Shown: in pieces, positions 36,971-51,600 of the stretch
Numbering within the stretch: the first letter of the stretch is position 1
How the letters are laid out: each line of letters starts with the position of its first letter
Source of the DNA: Podarcis tiliguerta
Lineage: Eukaryota
Assembly: GCA_965153285.1 (NCBI GenBank)
Contig: OZ229112.1
Reading direction: 5' to 3' (one strand)
DNA length: 64,000 nt
The notes under the pieces: generated by a model
Databases searched by the model: none
Told to the model about the DNA's origin: nothing
What the model saw: the letters and a program-made list of their open reading frames with translations, nothing else
Position numbers and translations under genes: made by a program

Positions 36971-39900
36971 TACAACTTTTTAATCCCCACCCCAGCACAG
37001 CCATAGGTAATCAACCTTTCTAATATAATTGATAAACAATTCACCAACAGCCTTTATTGCTGACATTTTACTTCTACTCAGATATAAATTCACTGGTATA
37101 TCCACTGTTTGTCCTACACATATCTATTTTTATTATGCAGCTGTGTTTGTGGAACACAAACCAGACATTCCCATTCATATTCTATGTGAAACAGGAAAAT
37201 CTTTACGTGACATCAACACCTGCTGGGTCTTTTGTCCTGGAAAAACTTCTTCACACCTGCCTAGTAATCACATGGCAGCAGTGAGGACTTTGTGGTCAGG
37301 AGAAAAAACCTTGCAGGCTGAATAGCCCTCAGAAATCTAACATTATCTACTGCTTTACATAGTAATCTTTCTAACATATATAATATAATGTATATAATTC
37401 CAAATGTCAGCATAGATCTGACCCATATATGCTATATTAGGAAACTCTGGTCAAGACTTAGGGGAATTCAGAATGAAACTTTATCAGATATGACTGAACT
37501 TCTTGAGATTGTAACTGAGTCTTTGAAACAGCATTAGAAGCATATCCCAGGTTCTTTATACAAGGAGGAGGATCTATCCTAGCTGTTAAACACAAAGCTA
37601 CTATATTACTATTCATAGACAAGATGAGTCACAGGAGATACAAAAAAACCCCATTTTCTTTTGATCGCTCAAATGTCTTGTGGCTTCAGGTAAGAAAGAA
37701 TGTCTCTTTTTAAAAAAAATTAATTAATTTTTCATTAATAATAATCCAATATAAGCCACATAGACACAATACCAAGTCATAATACAATTAAAAAGCCAAT
37801 TATTCCATTCCAAATTAAACATTTTTGGGTGACTTCCCATGTTCTGATTTTGGGGAGATGACGTTGTTGTTCCTTCTCCTGCTTCCATTCTTATTTAATA
37901 CAAATAATACCATTCCGATGTAAATCATTTATCTTAAAGAAAGAAAGAGTGTCTCCATGGGATGACACTGAAGTCTCATCTAAAGCTGGGAGGGGGAACC
38001 TGTGGCCATCCAGATGTTGTTGAACTTCAACTCACACACTTGCAAATGTGTATGTATATCCATGTGTGTGTGTGTTTGTCTCAGACACATTGACCTGTCT
38101 GAAGCCCCTCATATGATACTGTAAAATTAATTTGCAACAGAGAAGCATGAGTATAGATCTCTAACGCCTTGTAATCTTCTGGTGTTAAAAAACCAAACAC
38201 TTGTTCTCAATTTTCCTTATTGGGACTACGTGCAGGGCAGCAGTAGAATAGACACCACCCAAAAACACAGAGGAATCTTCTTTATCAAAGCGGCTTAGTC
38301 AGAATAGGCTAGAACAAGAACAAGATAACCTTTTAGGGGGGGAAATGTAGATTTCCCCCCTCAACACCTCAATAAATAAATAAATAGCAACAAACGAGAC
38401 AGAAAGCCAGGAATGAGAATTACAAACTTATTTCCATGTTTCTCTAATATATTAGTAATTTGCTGGCAATGGCTTTGACAGCCAACAGATGGATACACCA
38501 TTAGATACAATGAATGCAGCAGATGCTGAGCCAGCCTCCATCAGCTGGACATGTCAAGCAGCCAAGTGCAAGAGCCACACTTTTCAAGTGGGTACCGGTT
38601 GGCGTGGCAGCCTTGGAACATTAACAAGCAGCCCATTCTCCTTTCAGCCAATGGATTTCAGATTCCAGCCCATTTCAGTGAATTATCACTAATTGCAGGA
38701 GCTGTAGAGTCTTATATACAGGGGAAAGCAGTGGCCCTATTAAACCAAATTTAAAATAGAGGAATAGAGATATAGACTTCAGCGTTTAAGCTTGAAAACA
38801 GAAATATGTCAAGATCCTCGAGCTCATGCCTAGATTGTAGCAGATTGTGTGACATGCACCAAATCCAGAGAAGCACTTGTACTCTGGTTTAAGTTGAAAC
38901 TGTCTCAGTGTCAGTGTCATTGGGAACACTCACAGTCCTAAAGATGATCTGGCAAGAAATACAAACACATTTAAGACTGAACAATAAACCTATTTTGACA
39001 AATCCTATCTTCTTTTTTACATGTTCTGTACAGTGTGTAATTCTTCTTTAGATACTCAACAAATAAATATTTTAAATAAAATATTTAAAACAGTGCTTCT
39101 ATACAGATTTTTGATAACAAGCTTGTTCCAAATAAATTCTAACATGGCTAACTGAAGACACTAACCATTTGCTCATGAAGTGTTTCTTCCTATAAAATAA
39201 ATTGCACATATCCAGCCATTTTATATTGCTTATGTGTGTATGTCATGTTATGCTCAATGAACAGAAAAACAAAACTCTAGTTGTAAATGTATCAATTCCA
39301 GTGCATGTGCCTACCATTTTAGATACATGTCAAACATGCCACTGAATAAAATGAAGGTTGTCACTTATTCAGCGTAACTTTTAGGATACTGTATGATCAC
39401 CAAAGCATGGAATCAACAAACCTCTGTATGATTTGGCAGACGGGTACATCTCTGATACACCAATGCTTTCATAGCTCCAATTCTTGACTAAAACCCAGAA
39501 ATTAATTTGCAGAGACACTTGCAGTATAAAGAAAGTGGGGGAACAAGGAACTGCAGAACTTAACAGGAAAAGGGACACAGTATTTGGCATGTTATCTGAG
39601 AGCATTGCTTTGGCATTAAAATCAATTCCATTCAGTCAGTTTGAATGGCTAATGTTTTACTAAGAAGAAAGCTACCATTTTCAGACAAGAATCTCAATAA
39701 TTTCAATATGGCTAGGTCATTATGGTAAATTATAAATCTGGGTTTTTTTCTTCTTCTTTACAACATAAGCTAGCAGCTAATTATTGCACAGTTCGTACAA
39801 TTTGGGACCTTATAATTGCATAATATTTTACAAACCAAAAGGTTTCCACCAGCTGGAAAGCTAATTCTCAAAACTGCTGCCATTCAGCAATGTACCCAAT

Positions 39901-42900
39901 TCACAGTTCAGTTTAGAAAACTAGAGAAATGGATGAATCTGCCCATAGAGGATTCAACCATTGTTGTTTCCAAGTGGCATCATTACATGCAGGCACCAAA
40001 AGCAACCATGCGAAGTAACTAATGTGGAATTAGAGGCAATCAAATAGCTTCTAAAACAAGCAGATGAAATAATCCATCTAGTGGACTAAAATTACTATCC
40101 CAATTAAGCAATTTCACAACAGAACAGAACTATTGTCAACACTTGTGTCCAAAAATCCTTGCAAGCAGCTGAAGAATTTGCTAAAATGGTTGGCAAGTTG
40201 AAACACTTAATGAAATATGGTTGCATCCAATGGTTGGTGGAAGGCTCTTTGATCTACTGGAGGTTTCCATGAGGAGAAAATGGGAAGAGATTATTTTTCC
40301 TGATTCCCCCTTACATCTGCTGCTCTCTGCACCCCTCTAAGGTGGGGACCCCTTAGATTCGAACAGTGTGAGAGGTGTCACAGAGGGGTCTGCAGAAGAA
40401 AGGTGAAATTTCTAAAAACAGTCTCTTCTACCTTTCTACTCAAGGACGTTTCTACTGGATCAAATAGCCTTCTGCCAGTAGAGAGACACAACTGGATTTA
40501 ACCTATTAACTTTAAACTTAGCTCATGGAAAACAAAGCAGTCAAAGCAGTCTTTGGCATCATCTCTTCAATAGGAGTCAACAAGAGTTTTAAAGCTCTTT
40601 AAAATATTCCCCCAAAATTCTAAAACATGTAATAAGGGAGCTCACAGAAAATGAAGGTTTTTTTAAACAGCACAAATGTTATGTTTCCTCTCTACAGTAA
40701 ATATATTACAATACACACTAAACAATGTTGAATTCTCACAGGCTTTCCCGCATCCTCCATCACTGAAGGAAAGTCTTTATGTGAAGCAGAGAAATAAATG
40801 GATACAAAATCCTTGTACGGCAGAACTCAAAGCACTCACTACAAAAGCTGTATTTGAGGCAAAGGTCTGTTTTATTACATCTTGCTTTAAAACAATATGA
40901 GGCGAAAGTGAATGGAGGTCCTTTCTGTCATATCTATATACAGATCAAGAAGTCAAAAGATGGAATACTTATGCCACAACTAAAACATTATGTTCATGGG
41001 TGGGGGGCACACCAAGTGCTTATAATGGAAGAGAAGGAGCTGTACAACTACTGGGATCAGGAACAATGTAGGGATTTTTTGTCCAAAAAAGCATAACATA
41101 CAAAAACTGTATGTTGATTTTTATGCTTTTTTAAAAAAAGTAGTTCCCTAGTTTGATTGGTTACAGGATGAAGTGCAAACTGCACAAACTATCAGTGATA
41201 TATTCAGGTACTATTTGAATGAACTTAGCTTCTTCCCAGCTTCATTCAACCCCCTAGGTTTCAACCCCACTCTAGGTTTGTAAGAATGGGACTTCTCAGG
41301 AATACGGGTCTACTTGGGGAGCAGGGAACTTGCTATGGGCAAGCCAGCTTATTGTTCCTATCCTGACTGACCTGCTACTACCAACCCTTGCTAATACCGC
41401 CTCTGCCCTCGGACCACTCTGCTGTGTTTGACTTTAAGACCCTGCTACTAGACCATGCCTCACTGTGCTTGATCTCAGCTTCTCAGCCCTGACTTGTAAG
41501 TAAAATTAACTATAGCTATTGTAAACAAGCAACTGTAGGAGGGAACAGGAGACCAAAGTCAGAGGCCATGTGAGTCAGAGGCCATGATGTCTGAACTGGA
41601 CCAATAGTTTAGGAGCATCAAAATCCACATAGAAACTAGCCTAGAATTAGTATCGGTTTAATGTCATTCACCAAAGGCTTTATGTACCAGTAAAATTAAT
41701 CTACAATGAAGTCTATTTTTATACCTATTGTTCACACTAAAGGAACAATATTTTAAGATGAAATATTCCAGTAAATAATTATGATCTATGTTGCCTGGAC
41801 AGAAAAAACTTTAAGATGAAGAACAGCTCTATGACAAAAATGACATTTTGGTTGAGAATAATAAACTATAAAGTACTGTATATTATGTTCAGAAAACCAC
41901 ACCATTAAAAAAAAAATCTCTCCTCCAAATAAGCTGTTGGGAAAAGATCAGTGGGTCTCAGTATATGCCAGGAAGATAAGGGATATAGTAATTATGGCAA
42001 CCTCTTCGGAGGTTTTACAGTGAAACTAGGTGAGTTTTGGCAAGCAACATGCACTTTTACTGGAATCTGTGCTCGTTCATATCTAACGTTTTGGACAAAC
42101 CTGAAAAGCATACAAACCCACAGAGGGTGAGCCAATAAAGATGCAATATGAAACACTGCAAAAACAAAGGTTTCATATGACTGGCTATAGTTCTTCAATA
42201 ATGCCTCTGAGGGCCAATTTAAACATTACAACTTTCATGTGAAGTCTGCTAGAAAGAATTCAACACTTATTTATTTTTTATCCTGACTTTCTTCCAAGCA
42301 GCACAGAATAGTCTACAGGGCCACCACCCCATAAAAACCACTTACCCATTTTATTGGCCCAAACAAATGTATTCTAGCCATGCCACTGGATGAGATTAAG
42401 AATGTTGGAGGAATCTGTTGAAAATGGACCACTGAGCTGACATGGATTCTTATATAAATGCTTTTCTAAACAAGTGGACATTATATGCAAATAGAGATGT
42501 AAATTGCTTTACTGTTTACATATTCAATCATATATAATTCCTGCTGTCCCATAAGGAGCCCCATTGTTTTTCTTTCTTCTGCAGTGTTGATTGAGAGTTG
42601 ACTTTGTTTCTAGGGGCAGCTTATAGGTGCTAAGGCTGCAATCCTAACCATATTTACTCCAATGTCCCATTGAATTCAATGGAGCTCACTCCCAGATAAG
42701 CAGAGTTATGATTGCATCTTTAATCTGCTTCCTACTGTGAAATATAAAATCTAGTGTAATGCAGAATTCATTATTGCTCCTTTCACATTGGTACCTTTTG
42801 ATTTCGTCCATGCTCCTCAATTTAAAGTCTGAGGAGCATATTTAACTAAGTGTGAGTGGAACAACCTCTGCATGTGCAATGGGACTTCTTTGTTAGAGCC

Positions 42901-43609
42901 TACACTCCTACTCGAGTGTAGGCTGAACTCCTGACATTCCTCACCCCCATTCCCCTGTCCTGTATAGGCTTAACTATCACCAAGTATAATAATAAAAACT
43001 ACAGAAGTTGTGCTAGGGGTTGCACAACATATTTCACAAGTACAAGACGTCAATTGAATTTGGCTGTTGTGGTAAACTAGGGCCTCCTGGCAGCAGAACG
43101 GCTGTTGCACAAGCTGGCTGTAACAATTGGATATCAGCTACTGTCTTCTAGCACTCAGCTGAAATTGTCTGCATTATTCAAAAAGCTGGCCACAACTTGA
43201 AAATCTCTAGTCTGCAGCATATCCTGGAAATGTCACAACAGGTAACTTTAACTTGCAAATTGTTTGACAGTTGTGACTGACACTTTCAAATTGACTAACT
43301 TCACACATCTCTAAATTAACTTTACCAGTGAATGAAGTTTCTTTTTAAAATATATATATATATTTATTATGTATTAAATTTGTTAGTAACTTTATCTTGC
43401 CCAAGGCAACCCAAAGTTTATGATCCACAAGTATGATATTTTTGCATTCTGTCAAGACTTTTGAGAAATCAACCTGTATTCCTGGTCTACTTAACATGGC
43501 CTGAACTACAGACATGCACACCAGCATTACTATATTTATTCTGTGAACTGAGTTACTTCGCCTCACTTACATTACAAGCATTAACTACAGATAGCTGCTG
43601 ACTTTGGAC

Positions 43610-43774
43610 CAGGGGTACCAGCTTGAATAAAATATGGGGGGTCGTTTACAAGATGCATCGCATGCATCATTTGAATGGCAGTGCCCATCAACCTTTTTTG
43701 GGGGTAGTCCCCTCAAATATTTTACTAGGAGGCAGGGTTGAAGGGACCTTGGTTCCAAAGAGCTGGCTCCTATG
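43610..43774. mobile_element. hAT MITE with perfect 8-bp TSD
   Basis: Ends CAGGGGTACCAGCT / AGCTGGCTCCTATG and TSD ctttggac at 43602-43609 and 43775-43782. Same family as 58797-58979. Confidence 0.82.
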
Positions 43775-44702
43775 CTTTGGACAAACCAGTAGCTACTCAA
43801 AATGAGTTGGTACCACCACAACCCATATAAGAAGGATGAACTTATGTATGATGCAGAACTATATGAATAATCACAGAAGCAGTATACCTTTTCAGAATTA
43901 AGGGGTGATTGCCAATGAATTAACAGTAAACTGAACCATCTGGGCTAGTCAAAAGAGACAACCTCCTTCAATAGACACTTCCTCTTTCAGTTTGCTATCG
44001 TTTTATAGCCACATGGATATAAGCCAGGCATATCTCTTAAGTGCATTAGTAGTGGCTATTACTCTACAAGAAAAATCTGCTACATTTTGGAAGTTTCAGC
44101 CGTACTGTTGCCAATTACTGATGTTCAGATATTAAGATCTGAGCTAACGAACATGTTTCACCCACAAGCTCTTGAATGCAAGCAGGCTTCTTGTCGGCTA
44201 AAAATAACAACACCAGCTAGCTGCCAGCTAGCTAGCTTCCCCTCACAAATGAATGAGCATACTTTAGGATCAAATATATTAAGGCAACATTTCTTTGAAC
44301 CGAGTGGTGCTGACCCGTGGCTAGAATAATAGCAGGAGTGAAAAGTGCTGGGAGGCGCAGATGAAGACTTGCATAATCTGTTCTTCTATGATCCTAACAA
44401 CTGTGGGACAGTTCATCACAAAAATTATGAGTATCGACTTTTCCACTCACCCTGCCCCAAAAGATATGGCCTTTATTTTAAATAAAATAATTCTGAAAAC
44501 CTGATGACATGTGAATGTTGTTGGTGACTGCAAAGGTCTATAAAAACTGACCAGAAAACTACATGACGTCTATTATATATTGGCCCAATGTTAAATTTTC
44601 TTGTACAACAATGGTTTATAAAAACCCTTCTGGAGGAAGAACTGTATTGGAATTAAATATTCACATGGATGTTTGATTCTGATATTATTTGTTGTGGCTT
44701 AT

Positions 44703-44726
44703 GTTGTTGTTGTTGTTGTTGTTGTT
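44703..44726 (+). repeat. (GTT)n microsatellite
   Basis: gttgttgttgttgttgttgttgtt. Confidence 0.9.
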
Positions 44727-45476
44727 AATTTTGCTGTCTGGTCTTGGACCACAATAAAGACTGATTGATATTATACTCTTTTTTCTGACGGGGTTCCTGA
44801 AAAAGTGTCCTCTAGTGGGTCCTGTCCTAAATCAGCAGGATCATGGGTCTCCTGGGATCTTGGAAGGTGTCCAAGAAAGTTAATGCTGGTTCTGTCTGGA
44901 ACCACTCCTTCATCTTAATTCCTAGAAATTAATTCCGAAAAGTTGTAGAGGTAGAACGTGGGAGTTTGTCCTCCATCCTGCCCCCAATGTCCACATGGGA
45001 GAGGGGTATTTCCAGGGGAATAGAGTTCCATGCAAGGCAGGCAATCAGAATTGAGTTCACTTTCCAAGGAAGACTCTGAGATGAAGATTAATCCATGTGA
45101 TATTTTGAAACAGGCTTAAACCAACTTCTTACAAGCAACAGAAAGCACATTTGTGACCGGAGGTACATATTAGGTGCTGTTTTGTGCAGGCTGTGAACTT
45201 ATGAATTCTTGCTATCTGTTTAGAATAAAAATGGGGGGTAGACTCCTGTATTTCAATTATGTTCAGCTAGTATTTTTAAAATTAATAATATTTCTCATAA
45301 TAACTCTTTTTCAAGATATCCACAAAGGAATAATAAAGATAAAAGGAGTGTGTGTGTAGTCTTTTTATAAAAATATAAAAAGAAAAACACACAAATTTCT
45401 GCAGGATAAGAAATGTTCTATAGCATTTATTAAAGAATGATTAAGAGCTGGCTATTTTATGTGTTATCTGTTTTAC

Positions 45477-45656
45477 CTTGTGGCCCATACTGGTTCATCT
45501 GAGTTCCATAAGTACCACTTGAATTGCTCTGTGGAAAGCTACCAATTCCAGAATGTATTTGGCCTCCGGGTGAAGGATGGGGTGACATAGATGGTCCAGT
45601 TTGCTGAGGCGTGTACTGAGACAATTGAGGGTTTCTCTGAATGCCTGCCAGGAAAC
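45477..45656 (-). CDS. ARID1B: ARID1B coding exon (approx. exon 7), 180 nt, phase 1-1
   Basis: tttctcttttag|GT TTC CTG GCA...CCA CAA G|gtaaaa. It encodes [59 protein letters not shown] (within ORF 45457..45675), matching ARID1[28 protein letters not shown]. Confidence 0.97.
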
Positions 45657-48600
45657 CTAAAAGAGAAATAAACACAACTCAGGAACAAATTAAAGACTTC
45701 CACATGGAAAACTCAAACATTTATTTACCAACCCCCCCCCCCACAAAACATTAAAACTTTGGTTTGAGATAGCCTTCACCAACCTAGTGCCCTCCATCCA
45801 GATGTTTAGACTAAAACTCCCATCCCTTGCTGGCTTGGGTTGAGGGGAGTTGTAGCTCAAAACATCTCAAGGACACCAGCTTAGGGAAGATTGTTTTAAG
45901 GCAATGGTTATTTGTATCACATATCATTATATATGGAGAGCTGATCCACGGCAGAATTCCAAATCACAGATAACACATGACATTACTTAAGGGCATCATT
46001 TGTGAACACAATACTAATTATGCGGTTTGGAATTTACCCCACATGTAAAATTCAATAGTAAGATAATGGATTAATATTAAAATAAAACAAGCTGAGAAAA
46101 CAGGGAATTGGCAATTACCTTGAAGGCAGAACAATCAATGTTATATGGACTAAGTATTCTAGGCAGATTGACATTAAGACAGATTGCAGAAGGGGACTTC
46201 TTGTAAGCTTTGTGAAAGTGGTGGAAGAAGCATTCAAATATCTTTGACGATTGCTGCTAATGGACATGGACACAGATTATGAATATTCACTCAAATACCA
46301 ATACCTGTTTTACCTATCCTAGCCATTTTACTGCTCTCTGGAGAGTCATCCCAAGAGTTTGGGGTTGTAGCAGCTGATCACAAAGGTCATATTTAAGACA
46401 CCAACCAGCCTGCACCACTCAAGAGTACTTACCGTAACTAACAGTAAAGGTACGGTATTTTAGATGCAGCAATTTATTATTTTGTTTTGTGGAGAACTAA
46501 GGCAAATATCTTGTGACCTTCAGTGAATCCAATCAATTTTTAAATAGTAGTTTGGGTGCTCATGTTTAATGGGTTCACCTTGATGCTGAGGAGAGTGCTT
46601 CTAGAGGAAGGGTTTATATAAGTGCCTGGCAGGAGCCCAGATGCAATTTGCAATCCTCAGGATGACTGCACTAGTCTGCTCTTTGCTACTCCAAGAAACT
46701 GAAAGAGGACTAGCAGGATTAGCACAGGTGGCACAGTTTGACAGAACAACTGTTGCTCAAACTTGATTACCTGGTACCTCCCCACCACCACTCTGTCGCC
46801 TCTGACCTTATTTAGAAGTGCAATACCAAGCCTGCCATGAGTAAAACTGTTCTTTAGACAAGTCTTAACAAACAGGAAACTAGTACTTTAAACATTAAGT
46901 GAAGGTATAAAGCTTCTGTAGAAACAGAAGTGACAAGAATCACTGGAAGTATAAGTCCAAAAGGAGAATTGTTCAAATGAAGGATGCGCTCAGACCAGAA
47001 CTCATATTTTCTTCTCCAAGGATTGTGCCAATAAACGCTGAATTTGTACAACTTTCCCGGAGGGGAGGTGCAATTTCACTTTCCTAGCATTAATCTCTCT
47101 AGGGACTGAATATTACAAATGGGAGATAGAGATTTGGAAGGAAATGTAAAAGGAAGAAGAAACCGACAGGCTATGAAATCAGGAAAGAAATGGAATAAGC
47201 AAAAGGACAGAAGTTAGAAGAAATTACTGCCTCAATATACAAACATTTCCCCAATGCTACAATGTACTTGGACATAAATAAGTGGTCTGGCTGTCAAGTA
47301 CAGTCACAGCCTCTAACAAATCTGACAATGTTTAGCAAACAGTATTCAGTGACAATTTGCTTTTTCTTACTGATCGTATCAACAGACTATGACTGTATTT
47401 CCAGGATGAGCAGAATCAAACACAAGGGTGATAAAGATATTCTAGTGAGTGCAGTGTTAGTTGGTGTGTGGATACATGAATTATATTAAGAGTAATCTGT
47501 TCAAATCAGGACAACATGAAGACTGAGATGATATTGGTAATAAGACACTTTTCACTCTAACACTAATGAAATGACAAATGCAATGAACTTTCATGCAAAG
47601 GATCTATTGGACTGATATGTAAGCTGAAAGCCAAGCTGATTGTTTAACTTGCTGTCAAAGAACAAAAAGTAAATTTAAATGTAAGAGGAGATGGATAGGC
47701 CGGTTGTAAGTAAGAGAGGTTCAAATTTTCAGGAGTTTATCTTCTCGGGATACAAGGGGTGCAGGGAATGATATTTATAGTAGATAGAATGGACTGTTAA
47801 CAAAACACCATCTTTAAACATTTGCATTACCAATGCACTCATCTCAGCAGATGGGAAGAAGCATTACAAAATCAATTGGAACCAAATCAAAGAAGCAGTG
47901 GAAAGTCAAGGCAGGGCGCTCTCTTAACTACCCCTAATAACACATCATCTTCCACTTCACAAAATGGCAAATACAACATTTATAGGGGGGCCCCTATGAA
48001 TGTCTATGGGAAGAAAATCAGCTAATGCAAACCTGACTTGTCACATTAATTTTTATAAACAATCCCACTGCTTGCTGTTGTTTTATTTTGATGCTACAGC
48101 AGCTACAGAAACAAAGAGTGTTTTTGGTGAGCAGTTCCATTAGCTACTATAAACTCAAGCACTTCAGTGGCTACTACTGGGCGGTATGAAAGTAGTGAAG
48201 GTTCACTGGACTGCAATAACACACAATACCCTTTCTACTTGGCACTGCAACCGCTTATTTTCATGTTTGCATCTGCTGTTGTGTGCAGAATGATTGACAT
48301 GTTTCTTCACACCAGTTCAACAAAAGATGTTTCTCTGTTGCTTGGGTGAAATAATAGTCACACAACCTGTCACCTTTGCAAATTTGTCTCCCACTGTAAA
48401 GGCTGGTAATACCAATTCACTCCCTCTCTAAGGTGCAAAGTTTCTAGGGACTTGAGAAGTATGCTTCATTTCTTATAAGATCCTACATGCTTAAATTCTG
48501 TATACTATGTTTAGTGTTTGTTTGCCAATTTCTTTTCACAAACTGAATTGCTTTGGTGAAGGCAGAAAATAATGACCTAGCTAAAGCTTTAACCCAGACT

Positions 48601-51600
48601 CCCTACTGTTCCACCAGCTGTGCTATTAAGCTAAGTGGCTGAATCGCTCTCCCAATTCTTTCTCTGATATGACAAAAACCTCAACTATGTAAGGCAGGCA
48701 ATGATGTTTAAATATATCCCCTCCCCCTTCTTTACCCTCTTCCTGTCTAGTCTTGAAATTAATATCATCTATCATTGATAAATTGGAATTGGGGGAAGGA
48801 TTAGACAGATCACCCAGATGGTAGCCTGGAAACCTTTCCTTATGCAAATCTTGCCCAGTGCTGTCTGATAGACATTGTAACGTGATGCACAAAGGGCACA
48901 GACACAAAGACATGAGTGACATTTGTCAATGCAATGAAAGCAGCAAAGAAATGACAGACCTGAAGCCATTAGCCTGCTATCTCATGTGCAATGGATTGCC
49001 ATGCCATGTAAAGTGATCTAACAGGAACATCCTTTTGAATATCGAGCTGTTTCCCTTTCACTACTATTATCCAGCTATCTACTGAGCAGTCCCATTTTGC
49101 GGAATATGTATGTGCACAATGAAATGATCAGAGAAGAAAGCTCTACAACTCTCACAGAACCAAAGAAATACTATCCTCTGTCTTCTTGGATAATAAGTGT
49201 GTCCTGTGACGATGCATAACAGGACTGGAGACCACCTTCCCAATAAATGTTTTCCAGCATCAAAGCTGGACAGAAGAGACAGAATAGAAAACTTACTTTT
49301 TGGGAACTCAGGAAGCTGATTCATATCATTGACTCATCTAATTCAATATATTAACAGGCAGTGGCTGTCTAGGGGTTCAGACAGGAGCAGGGTCAATGGG
49401 GGCCTCATTTGGCTGGGGGCTTCAAATTCAAAGAGGAGCTCAAATTTAGACATTTATGCTGCTCAGGTGGTAGTCAGAAAAGAACTGAGCGGAAAGGCCC
49501 TTGCTTGGCCCCTTGAGGCACCCGCATACTTCAGTGGTTTTCCAACCCCCACTAAAAAAAAAAAAGGAATTACAGCTTGCAATCCGTTGGTATTCTATAT
49601 GTTGACCTACAAATGAAATCCATTACTGTAGATCCTCAATAAACAGTTCAATAGTTTTAAGAATGCTTTCCTAACAAAGATCATCCAAGGTATTACCTAT
49701 TTAAGTTAAAATAGAGAAACCATGAATTTCACAGCTCATGAGGGAAACCTGTGCCAGGGACAACGACCAGATTCAGTAAACTTTATTGGAAGCCTGGCGA
49801 TAGGAACATTCACTGTCACTTTGTTAAGCCCTTTACCAATGAATGGTTCTGACCTATTTCTGTACTAGCCTGGGGGCTGAGATTTCAGACACTAAAAAAA
49901 AAACGTGTAAAAATGTTTCTACTGAGGTGTCTTATTGTTAGCAATTGTATACAGGCAGAAATATAATCTAATCCTTTCCCCAGTCTCAGCAACAACAAAA
50001 AACCCAATTTAGCTAAAGTAAATAAAAATTCATCTTCAAGAATATAACTGCGTTTATCAAAGGGGAAAAAACCCCAGTAACCAGCTGCTAGACGATAATA
50101 TTTGTCTAGAGACTTGATTTTAGGTTTTGATTCTGCTGACGTGATTATTTAGTTGTCTTCTGCCACAGAGCAGTTTATCAGGGTGGCTCCTTCTCTCTGT
50201 AGGTAGACACTGCCGATTTCATGTCTTCTTGAAATAAGGCATAGCTGTTGTATATTTAGCATATGCCAAAACTAATCAACTCAGTCTAAATATGAAGTTG
50301 GCTGGGGAGGACAATATGCCTGATATTCAATCTGAAACTGACATCCATCAGGTGCTGAAATTGGCACTCAGATTCTCCAAGAATAGAGCTGGTTTGGCAC
50401 TCTTACACCACTTTTAAAGGTTGCAGAACAAGGGAAGAAACTCCCAGCCCTTGATATGTACTCTGCAACTGGACCAAACATTATTTGGGCAATGCCCAAA
50501 CCAGATACTATTCCCAGTAGGAAAAGAAGTACCACATCACTCCCAACTTTTCACAGGGTAGGAGCTGGAATAGGTTTAATCCAGTTCAAACATAAAGATA
50601 CAACTGCTTTATGGGATTACTTTAATAAAGGCGACCTTCCACGTATCTTTTGGTATTGCAAATTCAGCACCTACAAAAATGAGCGCAGTTATATAAAACC
50701 CCAATCTCCAACTTGCTTCAATCAGTGTAACCCAGACTCAGGAAGGACACAAATATTTCCTTGAATTGAGCTGCATCATTTTGTACAAGGGATGAACAGC
50801 TGGGAAACAGAGCAGGGCCTCCTTTGTTGTTGCATCAATGCTGCATGTCATTTACCTCTAGAAAGCTGCTGTAAATTATCCCTGCATGTTGAAAAACAGG
50901 CATCCCTTTTGGTGAGCTAGGACTTCTTAACAATAATGCATGGTTTCATCATAGGTTTATTTGCTACTGGAACAACATAGAACCTTCTTCCCTGTAGTCT
51001 AGTGCTACACCTTTCTGGTAATATATGTAGAAGGGAAAATGGTTCCAATTAAAGGCCAGGAGAGGGACAACACTGCTGTAGGAAGGTTCAAATCACTCAG
51101 CAGACACTCTCAGTTCTTCTCTATGGACTTTTCCTGGAGCAGGATTGGACAAGCGGGAAGTGGCTTCCATACTGCTCTAGGAATGCACTGATACCATTCA
51201 AGTGTTGAGTAATCATGAAGTACACACGGAAAGTATAAAATTGGCTTCGGTACCTTGCGCATGAACATGCTAACACTACCAGAAAGAGGCTTTATATATG
51301 TTTTCTCTCCCTCTCTGTGTGTCAGATGTGGAAAAACATTAATCTCTGACCATACTTTATTTGTCTGTTGTGAGCCATCCCACTTTTTTCTTTTAAACAA
51401 ATGATCCAGTATTTTATTAGGTTTAACTTGTTTTGGTTTTTTTAATGAATGCTATATTATTGTATTTCTTCTATTTGCTGCTTTGGGTGGCAGAAATGGT
51501 GAGATAGATATATAAAATAAATGTATAAGAAATATTATAAATAATAACAAGAACAGTGTTATTCTTTTTTTCTTTGGGTCAGATGCTAAATCCTAAAATG